Source of the DNA: a virus | Direction: 5' to 3' (one strand) | Length of the DNA stretch: 64,000 nucleotides | IMG/VR virus record: IMGVR_UViG_3300033182_000371 | Coordinates: 10,030 to 74,029 of that record | Shown here: piece after piece, positions 9,538 through 18,676 of the stretch | Numbering within the stretch: the stretch's first letter is position 1 | Layout: the number at the start of each line of letters is the position of its first letter | The notes under the pieces: generated by a model | Seen by the model: only the letters and a program-made list of their open reading frames with translations | The model's database searches: none | What the model was told of the DNA's origin: nothing | Position numbers and translations under genes: made by a program

Positions 9538-10179
9538 TTATTTCACCACAGCGATGACAGGTTTGTAAAGCCAACCTGTCTTGCAGTAATTGCAGTGCTC
9601 AGGAACTTCAACCTCATAAGGTTTGAAACTCATGTCAAACTTTGTTTCAAGTTCCATATTACTTAACATAACATAGAACCGATCAACATGTCCCTGCATT
9701 GGAGCACCTTGGGTAGAACAATAGAAAGAGAACTTTGCTTTCTCGTTCGAATGTTCACTGATACATGTTACCATAAAATGAATGATATCGCAACCAGCGT
9801 ATTGAAGAATCTCTGGTGTCATCCACTTCTCTTCAATGTAAGGATCATAAAAGAAGCAATCGTACTTTCCAAGATGATCCCTACAAGGCCATCCTTGATT
9901 GAGCACTGTAATGTTTTTATAATCCTTTGCCCATTCCAATGCTCTCGCATATGCAACAGGGTCTGGTTCTAGAACAGTATATGATTTGATGTCATGTTTC
10001 TGAAACTGGGTCGCAGAGTATCCCATACCAAAACCAACCTCTAGGATATCTCCGTAAGGTTCTAAGGCATCGACACATTCTTCCATATACTTCTTCTCCC
10101 ATTCCATCATATATTGATGGTCTTCGGAAGTTCCGTAAAGAATATCTTCGTCGTTTATGTCTTTTGTGTATTTTGCCAT
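9538..10179 (-). CDS. SAM-dependent methyltransferase (GAMT/Rmt2-like)
   Basis: MMEWEKKYM, ILEVGFGMGYSA, FFYDPY. Confidence 0.8.
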   Translation of the reverse strand: MAKYTKDINDEDILYGTSEDHQYMMEWEKKYMEECVDALEPYGDILEVGFGMGYSATQFQKHDIKSYTVLEPDPVAYARALEWAKDYKNITVLNQGWPCRDHLGKYDCFFYDPYIEEKWMTPEILQYAGCDIIHFMVTCISEHSNEKAKFSFYCSTQGAPMQGHVDRFYVMLSNMELETKFDMSFKPYEVEVPEHCNYCKTGWLYKPVIAVVK

Positions 10180-10601
10180 GGGAAATAATCTTTTTTCATA
10201 TACCTCCCAAGAATATTACTATTGTAATACTTTGGAGTTCCATCTTCTAAGGATTCAGTCAAAACATTATGAAGGAATAATTGCTTAGTCTCTTCGAAAT
10301 TAACAAATCCTTTCGTCTTATGTAGGCTTAAAATTTCTCTCTTGAAATTAGAGTTCCCAAGCTCCTTTCTTTCTGCGCTAAGTTCATCAGAACTGCCATA
10401 GTATTTCTTCCAGTCACTTTCACTTCTAACTCTCCTAGTTTTGCCTCTAGGCTTTCGTAGCGACCAGAAGTACTTTCTGCCAATGTAAATCCGACCAGAA
10501 ATGAGATTAGTGATACGGTAGACAAACCCGTAGTAATCACCAATATCCTCACTACTGAACGGAGTACCTTCGTAAGTCCATGGGTTTTCATAATCAACCA
10601 T
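10155..10601 (-). CDS. GIY-YIG family nuclease (Seg-like)
   Basis: GFVYRITN...YIGRK, YYGSS, E...YYN. Confidence 0.75.
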   Translation of the reverse strand: MVDYENPWTYEGTPFSSEDIGDYYGFVYRITNLISGRIYIGRKYFWSLRKPRGKTRRVRSESDWKKYYGSSDELSAERKELGNSNFKREILSLHKTKGFVNFEETKQLFLHNVLTESLEDGTPKYYNSNILGRYMKKDYFPWQNTQKT

Positions 10602-10652
10602 GCTCTAAAGTCTTTAAGATTATTTAGAGCTCATCCGAAAACCGACAAACCA

Positions 10653-10688
10653 ATTCTACTCATAAAAAAGGAGGGTGTCAAGCCCTCC
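10653..10688 (-). promoter_or_regulatory. Terminator hairpin with embedded sigma70 promoter
   Basis: GGAGGG-CTTGACA-CCCTCC-T6; TTGACA-17nt-TAGAAT. Confidence 0.75.
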
Positions 10689-10696
10689 CAGTATTA

Positions 10697-12430
10697 TCAG
10701 ACTCCTTTATATCCTGGTGCCTTAATTTCTTTTGGTTTCCCATCAGGACCAGTTACATACTTGACCCCAGACTTACCAGTCTTCGGAGACTCCCAAGGAT
10801 TCAAGGTTCCCTTAACTGGAGGGAATGCCTCGCCCAGGACCTCCTCTACGATGCTTTCGATCTGTTCAGCGGTCAGTTGCTCCATGATCGCCTCAGCGTG
10901 CTCTACGCTGTCCATGAGACCATTCTCATCAAGATATGTTAGAATGACATCATAGAGATTAAAATCATCCTTCATCCAACGGGGAACAGTATCGTCCTTC
11001 TGGGCTGCCATTTCCTTGCGAGCCTTCTCATTGTTCTCCTGACGCTTCTTCATATTTGTTTCCAAATACGAATCATCCTTCTTGTCTTTCTTGTATTGAG
11101 GATGATCGTCTACACTATGTCCACGCTTTTTCTCAAGACGCTTCTTACGCTCTTCAGTGCCCTTCTCGGCATCAACATCACGGACACCTTCCTTAACACA
11201 GTTAGGAACTTGACGACCGTCCTTAGTCTTAGTACCCTTTGCCTTGTAACCATCCCAGCACTTGCTAGCACCGACATTCTTCCGTGCCTGCTTCAAGGAT
11301 TCGATGACAGATTTAGTTTCTTCAACCATCTCACCCTCAACTTCATGAGAATTCATCAGAGGATTCTTAGTATTGTAAGTCATCTTAGACTTAGGAGGAT
11401 TGGCACTCATCAGGGGGTTAGGTGTCATGCCAGATCTTCTGCCATAGTTAGCACCAAACTTTGCCTTGAACTTAGTTTGTCCAAGAGTCTCTGCCTGTCT
11501 AGTAGCAGCAGATGCTGCTTTAAAGTCTCCTGCAGCACTAGCTGACTTTGCCTTTGCCTGCAGTGCCTTGTAGTCAGCGTTGGGATCGGGTTTGGGTGCA
11601 GGTTTGGGTGTAGAGGGTTGAGAAGAGTATGCAGACCCCGTAGAGGTCGATCCAGTTCTTGCTACCTGTGCGTTCTGCTTTGCTACTTCCTGTTTGGCAA
11701 CATTAGCAGCGGCAGAACGCACACCAGTTTGTGCGGGTGGTGGAGTGGATGCTGCTTTTGTTTCTGCTTTCTGTTGAGCAAGTTTCTGTTGCTTCTGTGC
11801 AGCAGTGATAGCAGTAGAGGTAGTGCTACCACCTTCACCATACTTATTGGTTCCAAAGAATTTCTCAGCATCAGCAGCTGGGACCTGTGGTCTAGGAGGA
11901 ACATACGGTTGAGCAACTCTTGGTCTTGGACCAACACCTTGTTCTGGACCTGGCGATTTTTTGTTCCTGTTGCGCCAGTTATTCATAGTGCCTCTAATAA
12001 GATCTAGAGGGAAAAATCCTGTTGCTTGCTGTTCAAAAACAATCGCTCTTGCCTGCTTTTTCTCAGCAGTCTCAAGATTCTCATGGATGCGAGGATTGAC
12101 TGCCTTCATGGCAGAAATAAACTCAGGTCCAACAACATCCATCGGGAGTGCTTCGATGATGTTATCCAGAAGTCTGGCACTCTCATATCCTTCGCCAATC
12201 AGAACCTCAGCAATGGCGCGATACTGCTCAGCATAGACAGGGTTCATTGCATGCAGTCTCTTCAGGTAGAAGGACTCGCATGTGCATTTATCTACTTTCT
12301 TCTTATCTACTTTCTTTCCTTGAGGATTGTCGTCTTTTCTGTTCCAATCTTTTACTTCTTCCTCAGATTTCTTGCCTTCGGCAATCTGAGCATAGGATTC
12401 AGAAAGTTTATCTAAGTGAGAGCGATTCAT
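10697..12430 (-). CDS. Late modular protein, putative internal head polyprotein
   Basis: TATAAATA at 12457-12464; basic modules bounded by Glu; CWDGY...VPNCVKE module. Confidence 0.7.
   Translation of the reverse strand: MNRSHLDKLSESYAQIAEGKKSEEEVKDWNRKDDNPQGKKVDKKKVDKCTCESFYLKRLHAMNPVYAEQYRAIAEVLIGEGYESARLLDNIIEALPMDVVGPEFISAMKAVNPRIHENLETAEKKQARAIVFEQQATGFFPLDLIRGTMNNWRNRNKKSPGPEQGVGPRPRVAQPYVPPRPQVPAADAEKFFGTNKYGEGGSTTSTAITAAQKQQKLAQQKAETKAASTPPPAQTGVRSAAANVAKQEVAKQNAQVARTGSTSTGSAYSSQPSTPKPAPKPDPNADYKALQAKAKSASAAGDFKAASAATRQAETLGQTKFKAKFGANYGRRSGMTPNPLMSANPPKSKMTYNTKNPLMNSHEVEGEMVEETKSVIESLKQARKNVGASKCWDGYKAKGTKTKDGRQVPNCVKEGVRDVDAEKGTEERKKRLEKKRGHSVDDHPQYKKDKKDDSYLETNMKKRQENNEKARKEMAAQKDDTVPRWMKDDFNLYDVILTYLDENGLMDSVEHAEAIMEQLTAEQIESIVEEVLGEAFPPVKGTLNPWESPKTGKSGVKYVTGPDGKPKEIKAPGYKGV
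11189..11296 (-). repeat. 108-bp coding module, copy 1 (LKQARKNVG..CWDGY..VPNCVKE)
   Basis: Same length as 20119-20226, with 29-bp and 16-bp identical blocks. Confidence 0.9.
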
Positions 12431-12470
12431 CTTTGGTACTCAGACTCCAATAAAGATATTTATATCTACA

Positions 12471-12530
12471 CAAAAAGAAGACTTCCCTGATATTTGCCAG
12501 GGAAGTCTTCTGCGCCGACGATATTCAATT
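12471..12530 (-). ncRNA. Candidate small RNA ending in 14-bp terminator hairpin
   Basis: TAAATA at 12532-12537; AGAAGACTTCCCTG/CAGGGAAGTCTTCT stem plus U-tract; no ORF. Confidence 0.45.
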
Positions 12531-12547
12531 TTATTTATCAGGAAGTA

Positions 12548-12631
12548 TTAGGGGAGAACGGCGGCGATCGTTCCCCCAAAGAAAAGAGTCATTACTGTTC
12601 CTAATGTTAAGGTGGCGGTTGTGAAATTCAT
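12548..12631 (-). CDS. 27-aa hydrophobic peptide
   Basis: MNFTTATLTLGTVMTLFFGGTIAAVLP; SD GGAGG and TATAAT upstream. Confidence 0.6.
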   Translation of the reverse strand: MNFTTATLTLGTVMTLFFGGTIAAVLP

Positions 12632-12665
12632 CGTCCCTCCATAGGTCTATATTATATAGCAATTA

Positions 12666-12682
12666 TGTATCATAATGATACA
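12666..12682. promoter_or_regulatory. Palindromic operator-like site
   Basis: TGTATCAT-A-ATGATACA just upstream of -10 TATAAT. Confidence 0.55.
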
Positions 12683-12727
12683 AAAGTCTGTCACAACCGC
12701 TACTAAATCCGAAGCAATTGTTAAAGA

Positions 12728-12889
12728 TTACAGATAATCCTTACGCTTGTACTTGTTCTTCAACGCTTGTAGCATCCATGCTTGAGCAAGACTCTTTGGA
12801 CCATGCATGATTACATTAGATTCCTTCTCACCGATTGTGGGATCAGCAAGAGCAAGTTTTTTCCATTCTGGCAGTTCAGAGTTTTCCAC
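12728..12889 (-). CDS. Small hypothetical protein
   Basis: Manual translation ..EWKKLALAD..HGPKSLAQAWMLQALK (GTG start). Confidence 0.55.
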   Translation of the reverse strand: MENSELPEWKKLALADPTIGEKESNVIMHGPKSLAQAWMLQALKNKYKRKDYL

Positions 12890-13094
12890 CGACTTTACCA
12901 TCATTCATTACCCTACTAGACGCTTCATCCCACCCCTCCTGTCTACCTTTGAGATAAAAACGAGTCATTCTAATACACAGTTTTTCAGACAAAGCAGTTA
13001 CTAATTCTTCACCATCTTTTGATGCACTGTGCCACATTTTATATTTTGTTTCGTAGACACGAAATGCATCATCATGCCATTCATATTCACTCAT
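12876..13094 (-). CDS. Hypothetical cyanophage protein
   Basis: MSEYEWHDDAFRV...VGGKL. Confidence 0.7.
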   Translation of the reverse strand: MSEYEWHDDAFRVYETKYKMWHSASKDGEELVTALSEKLCIRMTRFYLKGRQEGWDEASSRVMNDGKVGGKL

Positions 13095-13302
13095 AATTTT
13101 TTTTGTTAAATCCAAAGGGTTGGTTCTCAAGTTCTTTTTGAACCCTAAGTTTCTGTGCAAGCTTGCAGACAGTTTCCATTACTTTGAGTGTGTCCTCAAT
13201 GGTTGATTCCACTGGCATTTGATTACGGACAATATCAAACAATGGAAAGAATTGTTCTGCTGCTTCAGTAACTTCTTCAGTCGTTAATGGTTTTGTATTC
13301 AC
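13087..13302 (-). CDS. Hypothetical protein
   Basis: Overlaps nrdB stop. Confidence 0.65.
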   Translation of the reverse strand: MNTKPLTTEEVTEAAEQFFPLFDIVRNQMPVESTIEDTLKVMETVCKLAQKLRVQKELENQPFGFNKKNYE

Positions 13303-14480
13303 AATTGGAATCCTGCAAAGGTATCTTTTTCGACATCCTGTTTGATGCCACCGACAATATAGGACTCGACTTCGGTCTCTTGGGGAGCAACCTGAAGACC
13401 TTTGGACGAGATCCAGTGTTGTGTCCAGGGGAGGGGGTTATTTTTGGCAGAGATATCATAAAGAGGTTTCAGCCCAATGGCTTTCATACGACGATTAGCA
13501 ATCCATTCGACATACTGGCACAGAAGTTTTTCATTCAGACCAATCATGGATCCATCTTTGAACAAATATTCTGCCCACTGCTTCTCCTGATTTACAGCAT
13601 GCTGGAAGGTTTGAATCAACCAGGATTCCTCTTCCTTAGCAATCCTTTGCATGTCTGGGTCATCACCTTCACGCCATTTGTTGATGATGTTTTGAGTAAT
13701 GACAAGGTGCTGATTTTCGTCTCTTGCGATGAGAGAGATAATTTTAGCGGATCCTTCCATAAGCTTGAGTTCACCAAACGCAAACGAGCAAGCGAACGAG
13801 ACATAAAACCTGATGCCTTCGAGAATGTTGACATTAGCTACAGCACGAAAAAGTTTTCTCTTAAGTTCATAGCGATTTTCTTTAAAGGTTCCAGCACCTT
13901 CTTGTGCATACTTCCAGTCATCACTGACACCATACTGCTGAGCAGCATTAATGAAGTCGTCATATGCCTGAGTGATAGCAGCAGCTCTCTCCAGAATCCT
14001 CTCGTCGTCGATGATGGTATCAAATACTTCAGAGGGATCACTGTATACATTTTTGATGATGTATGTGTATGAGCGACTATGGATCATCTCCATGAATTGC
14101 CATACATTCATACATGCCTCCAGTTCAGGGAGGGAACAGTATGGCGAGAATGCCATACCAGGACCACGACCCTGAATAGAGTCTAGCATAACCTGATACT
14201 TTAGGTTGCTAGTGAAAATATGTTTTTGTTCTGGACGAAGTGTCTGATAATCAGCACGATCTTTTTGAAGAGAGACTTCCTCGGGTCTCCAGAAGTAACC
14301 CAATTGTTGTTGAGTCAGTTTGTCAAAGATTGGATACTTATAGGAATCGTATCTCTGAATGCTAAGGGGAGAACCAAAAAACATTGGTTGCTTTTTGGGG
14401 TCTGATGCGGTTGTATTGAAGACAGTCATTCCTTGAATAACTGGGTCTTGTTCTTTGATCCTAAATTGCACAGGCGTCAC
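13299..14480 (-). CDS. nrdB: Ribonucleotide reductase class Ia beta subunit
   Basis: FWRPEEV, EMIHSRSY, EGIRFY, DENQH, APQETEVESY. Confidence 0.97.
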   Translation of the reverse strand: MTPVQFRIKEQDPVIQGMTVFNTTASDPKKQPMFFGSPLSIQRYDSYKYPIFDKLTQQQLGYFWRPEEVSLQKDRADYQTLRPEQKHIFTSNLKYQVMLDSIQGRGPGMAFSPYCSLPELEACMNVWQFMEMIHSRSYTYIIKNVYSDPSEVFDTIIDDERILERAAAITQAYDDFINAAQQYGVSDDWKYAQEGAGTFKENRYELKRKLFRAVANVNILEGIRFYVSFACSFAFGELKLMEGSAKIISLIARDENQHLVITQNIINKWREGDDPDMQRIAKEEESWLIQTFQHAVNQEKQWAEYLFKDGSMIGLNEKLLCQYVEWIANRRMKAIGLKPLYDISAKNNPLPWTQHWISSKGLQVAPQETEVESYIVGGIKQDVEKDTFAGFQL

Positions 14481-16755
14481 ACTCCTCTTGCTTGCTTAAA
14501 TTTTCGAGTAAGTTTTCTAGTACTGATTCAGTTTTAGTCTCTTCTAATTCATCCGTTTTATTGTCGTAGGTGTTCTGATAGTAGGATGTTTTCCACCCGT
14601 ACTTATATGTAGTCAGAAGATCATTTGCCATGACAGAAACGGGTACTTCATTGTCGCTGTAGTTCTCTGGGTTGTAACTCCAGTTACCAGAGATAGCCTG
14701 GTCGAAGAACTTTTGCATTACGGCGACGATCTTGATATAGCCTTCATTAGACGCCATATCCCAGAGAAGGGTGTAGTGAGACTTGAGACTATTATACTGC
14801 GGAACGATCTGCTTGAGCGGACCCTTCTTCGATTTCTTAGTGGACAAGAATCCACGAGGAGGTTCGATTCCGTTGGTTGCATTTGACACAACGGAACTGC
14901 TCTCCGATGGCATCTGTGCGGACAGTGTTGAGTTCCGTAATCCGTATGCAACGATAGACTCTCTAAGACCTTCCCAATCATAGTTTAACTTATGCGGTAC
15001 AATTCCGTCAACATCCTTCTTGTATGTATCAATCGGAAGAATACCTGAAGAATATTTGGTACGGTTGAAGTAACCACAAGGACCAATCTCTTTTGCAAGT
15101 TGATTGGATGCCTTCAGCAGATAGTACTGGAACGCCTCTGTAAGGTCGTGTACGAGTTGATGTGCTTCTTGATCATCATAACCCACCTTATGCTTAGCAA
15201 GATAGTGTGCAAGACCAATATAACCCACACCCAGGGAACGACGATTCTTGGTGCCTACCTCTGCTGCTTTGACAGGATATCCTTGGAAGTCGATGAGAGC
15301 ATCCAGACCACGCACAGAGAGGTCACAGAGTTCCTCTAACTCATCAAGGTTACGAAGTTTGCCTACATTGATTGCAGACAGAATACAGAGAGCAATTTCA
15401 CCCTCTCCATCAATATGCTGAAGTGGTTTAGTCGGTAAAGTAATCTCTTGACAGAGATTGCTCATCTCTACCTTATCCAAGAAGGAAGAGTGGGAATTGC
15501 AGTGGTCGATATTCATGATATACAAACGACCAGTCTCTGCCCTCTCCTTGAGAATGCTCAGGAAAAGTTCTTGTGCTGAAACAGACTGTCTTGGAACAGA
15601 CTTATCTGATTCATAACCCACATAAAGCTCGTCAAATCTATCAGTACCAAAAGCATCATACAGACCAGGAACATCGTGCGGACTGAAGAGTGAGATGTCT
15701 TGGTTCTTGATGAAACGCTCATAGAAGAGTTTGGTGATTTGGATGCTATAGTCTAAGCGACGAACACGATTATCCTCAGTTCCCTTATTATTTTTTAGGA
15801 CAATGATGTCTTGGATTTCTTTGTGCCAGATTGGGAAGTGGACAGTTGCTGATCCACCTCTGATGCCATTTTGAGTGCAGCATCTGACAGTTGCTTCAAA
15901 CTTTTTGAGGAAAGGGATAACACCTGTGTGTTGAACTTCTCCGCCTCTGATCTTACTGTTGATGCCACGGATCCTACCCGCGTTGATGCCGATACCCGCC
16001 CTTTGTGCAACATATCTGCCGATAGCCATATCAGAACTAAAGATGCTATCGAGGGAGTCATCAACATCAACAAGAACACAGCTAGCAAATTGTCGAAGTG
16101 GAGTTCTAACCCCTCCCATGATAGGTGTGGGAATGTTGATTTTGTGCTTTGAGATTGCGTCGTAGTACCTCTTGACATAATCGAGACGGGTTTCCTTAGG
16201 ATACTCAGCAAAGATCGTAGCAGCGATCATCAAGTACATGAACTGGGGAGTCTCATAGACATCTCCAGTGCTACGATCCTGAACGAGATATTTATCTGCT
16301 ACCTGGCGAAGACCAGCATAGGTGAACAGGAAGTCACGCTCATGGTCAAGATATCCATTCAGTTTTTCCCACTCTTCTGCAGAATATTTTACCGCAATTT
16401 CTGCATCATAAACTCCTCTTTTTATGGATTGCTCCACATGCTGCTGCAAGGTGGGGCACTCATGCATACGACCCCACAGTTGTTTCCTGAGGGCAAACAG
16501 GAGCAGTCTGGCAGCAACGAATTGATAGTTCGGATTCTCAAGGTCAATCAGATCGCTAGCACTACGAATCAGGATCTCCTGAATTTCAGCAGTGGTAACA
16601 CCATCATAAAACTGAATACCAGAATTAATTTCAATCTGAGAAGCAGAGACGCCAGCAAGATCTTTACATGCTTCGTCTACCATCTTATGCATCTTATTGA
16701 GATCAAGTGATTCAAGTTCACCAGATCTTTTACGAACTTTAGTCCCGTTGGTCAT
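14461..16755 (-). CDS. nrdA: Ribonucleotide reductase class Ia alpha subunit
   Basis: ATP cone, PTPIM, SCVL, SNLCQEI, C-terminal CDAC. Confidence 0.97.
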   Translation of the reverse strand: MTNGTKVRKRSGELESLDLNKMHKMVDEACKDLAGVSASQIEINSGIQFYDGVTTAEIQEILIRSASDLIDLENPNYQFVAARLLLFALRKQLWGRMHECPTLQQHVEQSIKRGVYDAEIAVKYSAEEWEKLNGYLDHERDFLFTYAGLRQVADKYLVQDRSTGDVYETPQFMYLMIAATIFAEYPKETRLDYVKRYYDAISKHKINIPTPIMGGVRTPLRQFASCVLVDVDDSLDSIFSSDMAIGRYVAQRAGIGINAGRIRGINSKIRGGEVQHTGVIPFLKKFEATVRCCTQNGIRGGSATVHFPIWHKEIQDIIVLKNNKGTEDNRVRRLDYSIQITKLFYERFIKNQDISLFSPHDVPGLYDAFGTDRFDELYVGYESDKSVPRQSVSAQELFLSILKERAETGRLYIMNIDHCNSHSSFLDKVEMSNLCQEITLPTKPLQHIDGEGEIALCILSAINVGKLRNLDELEELCDLSVRGLDALIDFQGYPVKAAEVGTKNRRSLGVGYIGLAHYLAKHKVGYDDQEAHQLVHDLTEAFQYYLLKASNQLAKEIGPCGYFNRTKYSSGILPIDTYKKDVDGIVPHKLNYDWEGLRESIVAYGLRNSTLSAQMPSESSSVVSNATNGIEPPRGFLSTKKSKKGPLKQIVPQYNSLKSHYTLLWDMASNEGYIKIVAVMQKFFDQAISGNWSYNPENYSDNEVPVSVMANDLLTTYKYGWKTSYYQNTYDNKTDELEETKTESVLENLLENLSKQEECDACAI

Positions 16756-17720
16756 ACCTTTTTCCACTCTGTAAACTTAACTTTTGCTTCTAATCCTGAG
16801 TATGTATTTGATTTTAACATGCCGTTAACATCATGTCCAGCAAGGACCATATCATTGATGTCTTTTTCTACAATTCCACTTGGCCAGATGACGACTCTTT
16901 CGCCTCTTGATATGCAGTTGTCAATGCGATCGACAATCTCTCTATTGCGGGGCTCATTATCATAAACATAAATGAGATCATTTCCCTCAAGACAACGAAG
17001 ATCACCGTCAGCGCCACACAAAGCCACGCTATTGTCGATAAAAGTGCTGTCCAGGGGTCCTTCGACCACATAGACAGGTAGTCCTGAATCGATTGTGTCG
17101 TATCCATAAATTTTTGGTGCATGATCATCAAGCATCACGGTAATATATTTAACACGGTTAGGACCTATAGCCCTTCCCTGAAAACCAATTAGGTTTTGAT
17201 TATAAAACAAAGGAATGATTATCCTAGATTCTTCGTGAGAAGTGCTCGTGAATACCTCTTGAAAAGTATTGGCAAATGACTTGAACTTCTCAGCAAAGTA
17301 AAACTTGGACGGGTCAATCTTCCGTCCTTCCAGATACTTTTTTGCGGTTTCTACCTCACTGCACAGAGGAAGATCCAACTTTGCAATGAACTTAGGTTTT
17401 TCAAAAACAAACTCTGGTTCTTCAATAACAAAGTTCTTACCAGTATGTCCCTCTTTAAACTTCTCGATAGAATACTTTTTATGCAGAGTAGTATCTAACT
17501 TCTTCAAGAAGTTGTTAAGGGACATCGAAGCACCACAATTGTGGCACTTGAAGTTTGTATTATTTTTGACTGTATAGATGTACCCACGCGCTTTGTTCTT
17601 GTAACGCTGGGAGTCTCCACAGATAGGGCAACGAAAATTATAAAGATCTGCCTTTACTCTTTTAAACTTCTGGAGTCTAGCAGAGACAAGACCGATATAC
17701 TTGGAATCAATTAAGTCCAT
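16752..17720 (-). CDS. g61: DNA primase (gp61)
   Basis: CPICGDS...CHNC Zn finger, EGPLDS, YDNEPRN, DIND. Confidence 0.95.
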   Translation of the reverse strand: MDLIDSKYIGLVSARLQKFKRVKADLYNFRCPICGDSQRYKNKARGYIYTVKNNTNFKCHNCGASMSLNNFLKKLDTTLHKKYSIEKFKEGHTGKNFVIEEPEFVFEKPKFIAKLDLPLCSEVETAKKYLEGRKIDPSKFYFAEKFKSFANTFQEVFTSTSHEESRIIIPLFYNQNLIGFQGRAIGPNRVKYITVMLDDHAPKIYGYDTIDSGLPVYVVEGPLDSTFIDNSVALCGADGDLRCLEGNDLIYVYDNEPRNREIVDRIDNCISRGERVVIWPSGIVEKDINDMVLAGHDVNGMLKSNTYSGLEAKVKFTEWKKV

Positions 17721-18132
17721 TCACCAGACTAGTGCCTGGGACTATTGTACTCGTTATCGGTGCAGGTGTCAATAATCTGATGATAGGAGGAGCCACTTGT
17801 AGCACCGTCACAACTGTAGCGATGACAGCCATAGCACCAACAACAAACCTCCCATTCCTATCAACTTTCTTCTCAAGTTCACCTATCTTTTCATCGATGT
17901 TCTTGAACATACGATCATCATACTTCTGATGATCCTTAATCATTTGGATGATTGCTTGATTCGCCTTGTCGCCTTCATCGAGTCTATTCTCGTGGCGCTC
18001 TAGAATAATGGCAGTTTTATTCGTATTATCTTGAATAGAAGATACTGCACGCTCTAACTTGTCCAGCATTTCCTTGGACAAGTCTTCGTAGATGCTTAAC
18101 TTTGACTCAAGAACCCCTAGTTTTCCTAACAT
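17707..18132 (-). CDS. Coiled-coil protein with C-terminal TM segment
   Basis: ORF composition; synteny upstream of primase. Confidence 0.7.
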   Translation of the reverse strand: MLGKLGVLESKLSIYEDLSKEMLDKLERAVSSIQDNTNKTAIILERHENRLDEGDKANQAIIQMIKDHQKYDDRMFKNIDEKIGELEKKVDRNGRFVVGAMAVIATVVTVLQVAPPIIRLLTPAPITSTIVPGTSLVNGLN

Positions 18133-18295
18133 GGTCTAACCAGCGTTTGCGTGAACCTTTACCAAGGTAAATGTTTCTTCCAGCAACGGGTCCTTTGGGG
18201 TCAGATGTATCAGAAAAACCGCCAGATGCTCCTGGAGCATTGGCGACCATCATCTCTTTCAAGATGTCATACACTTTTTGTAAGCGTCGATCCAT
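18107..18295 (-). CDS. Small hypothetical protein
   Basis: MDRRLQKVYDILKEMMVANAPG...; TGATG coupling. Confidence 0.6.
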   Translation of the reverse strand: MDRRLQKVYDILKEMMVANAPGASGGFSDTSDPKGPVAGRNIYLGKGSRKRWLDHVRKTRGS

Positions 18296-18666
18296 CAGAC
18301 TGCTCGTAACTGTTCTAAACAATACTCGTCATCGATAATATTATTTAGTTCCGTGCGTGGATAATCAGGAACTCTGCCAAGATATGTCAAGAAACTTTTA
18401 GTACAAGACCAAAGATCTCTGTCTAATTTAAAAAACAACAAAGGAACTCCAGCGTCCCCAAACACATTAAAAAGGACTATGAAGTGATTAAGAATCAAGT
18501 GGGTCCTTAACTCCCCACTGTTCTTATACCTCTTCAGTAGCCTTTTAATATACTTAATTCTTTTTAGATCATCATAAAAATCCTCTTCGGTCACCGCTTG
18601 AGGATTCTCATAGTTCTTAATGGCAAATAAGAGATAATTGCTATCGTTCAATTCATGAAATTTCAT
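18295..18666 (-). CDS. Conserved T4-like phage hypothetical protein
   Basis: MKFHELN..NYLLFAIKNYENPQ...LILNH. Confidence 0.8.
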   Translation of the reverse strand: MKFHELNDSNYLLFAIKNYENPQAVTEEDFYDDLKRIKYIKRLLKRYKNSGELRTHLILNHFIVLFNVFGDAGVPLLFFKLDRDLWSCTKSFLTYLGRVPDYPRTELNNIIDDEYCLEQLRAV

Positions 18667-18676
18667 TCACTTATTA

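Noticed and set aside
9305-9574. 89-aa ORF
   Set aside because: Spans tRNA-Thr and tRNA-Ser; it is translated tRNA sequence
12666-12682. Palindrome as a canonical NtcA box
   Set aside because: Spacing is GTA-N9-TAC rather than N8; kept only as an unknown operator
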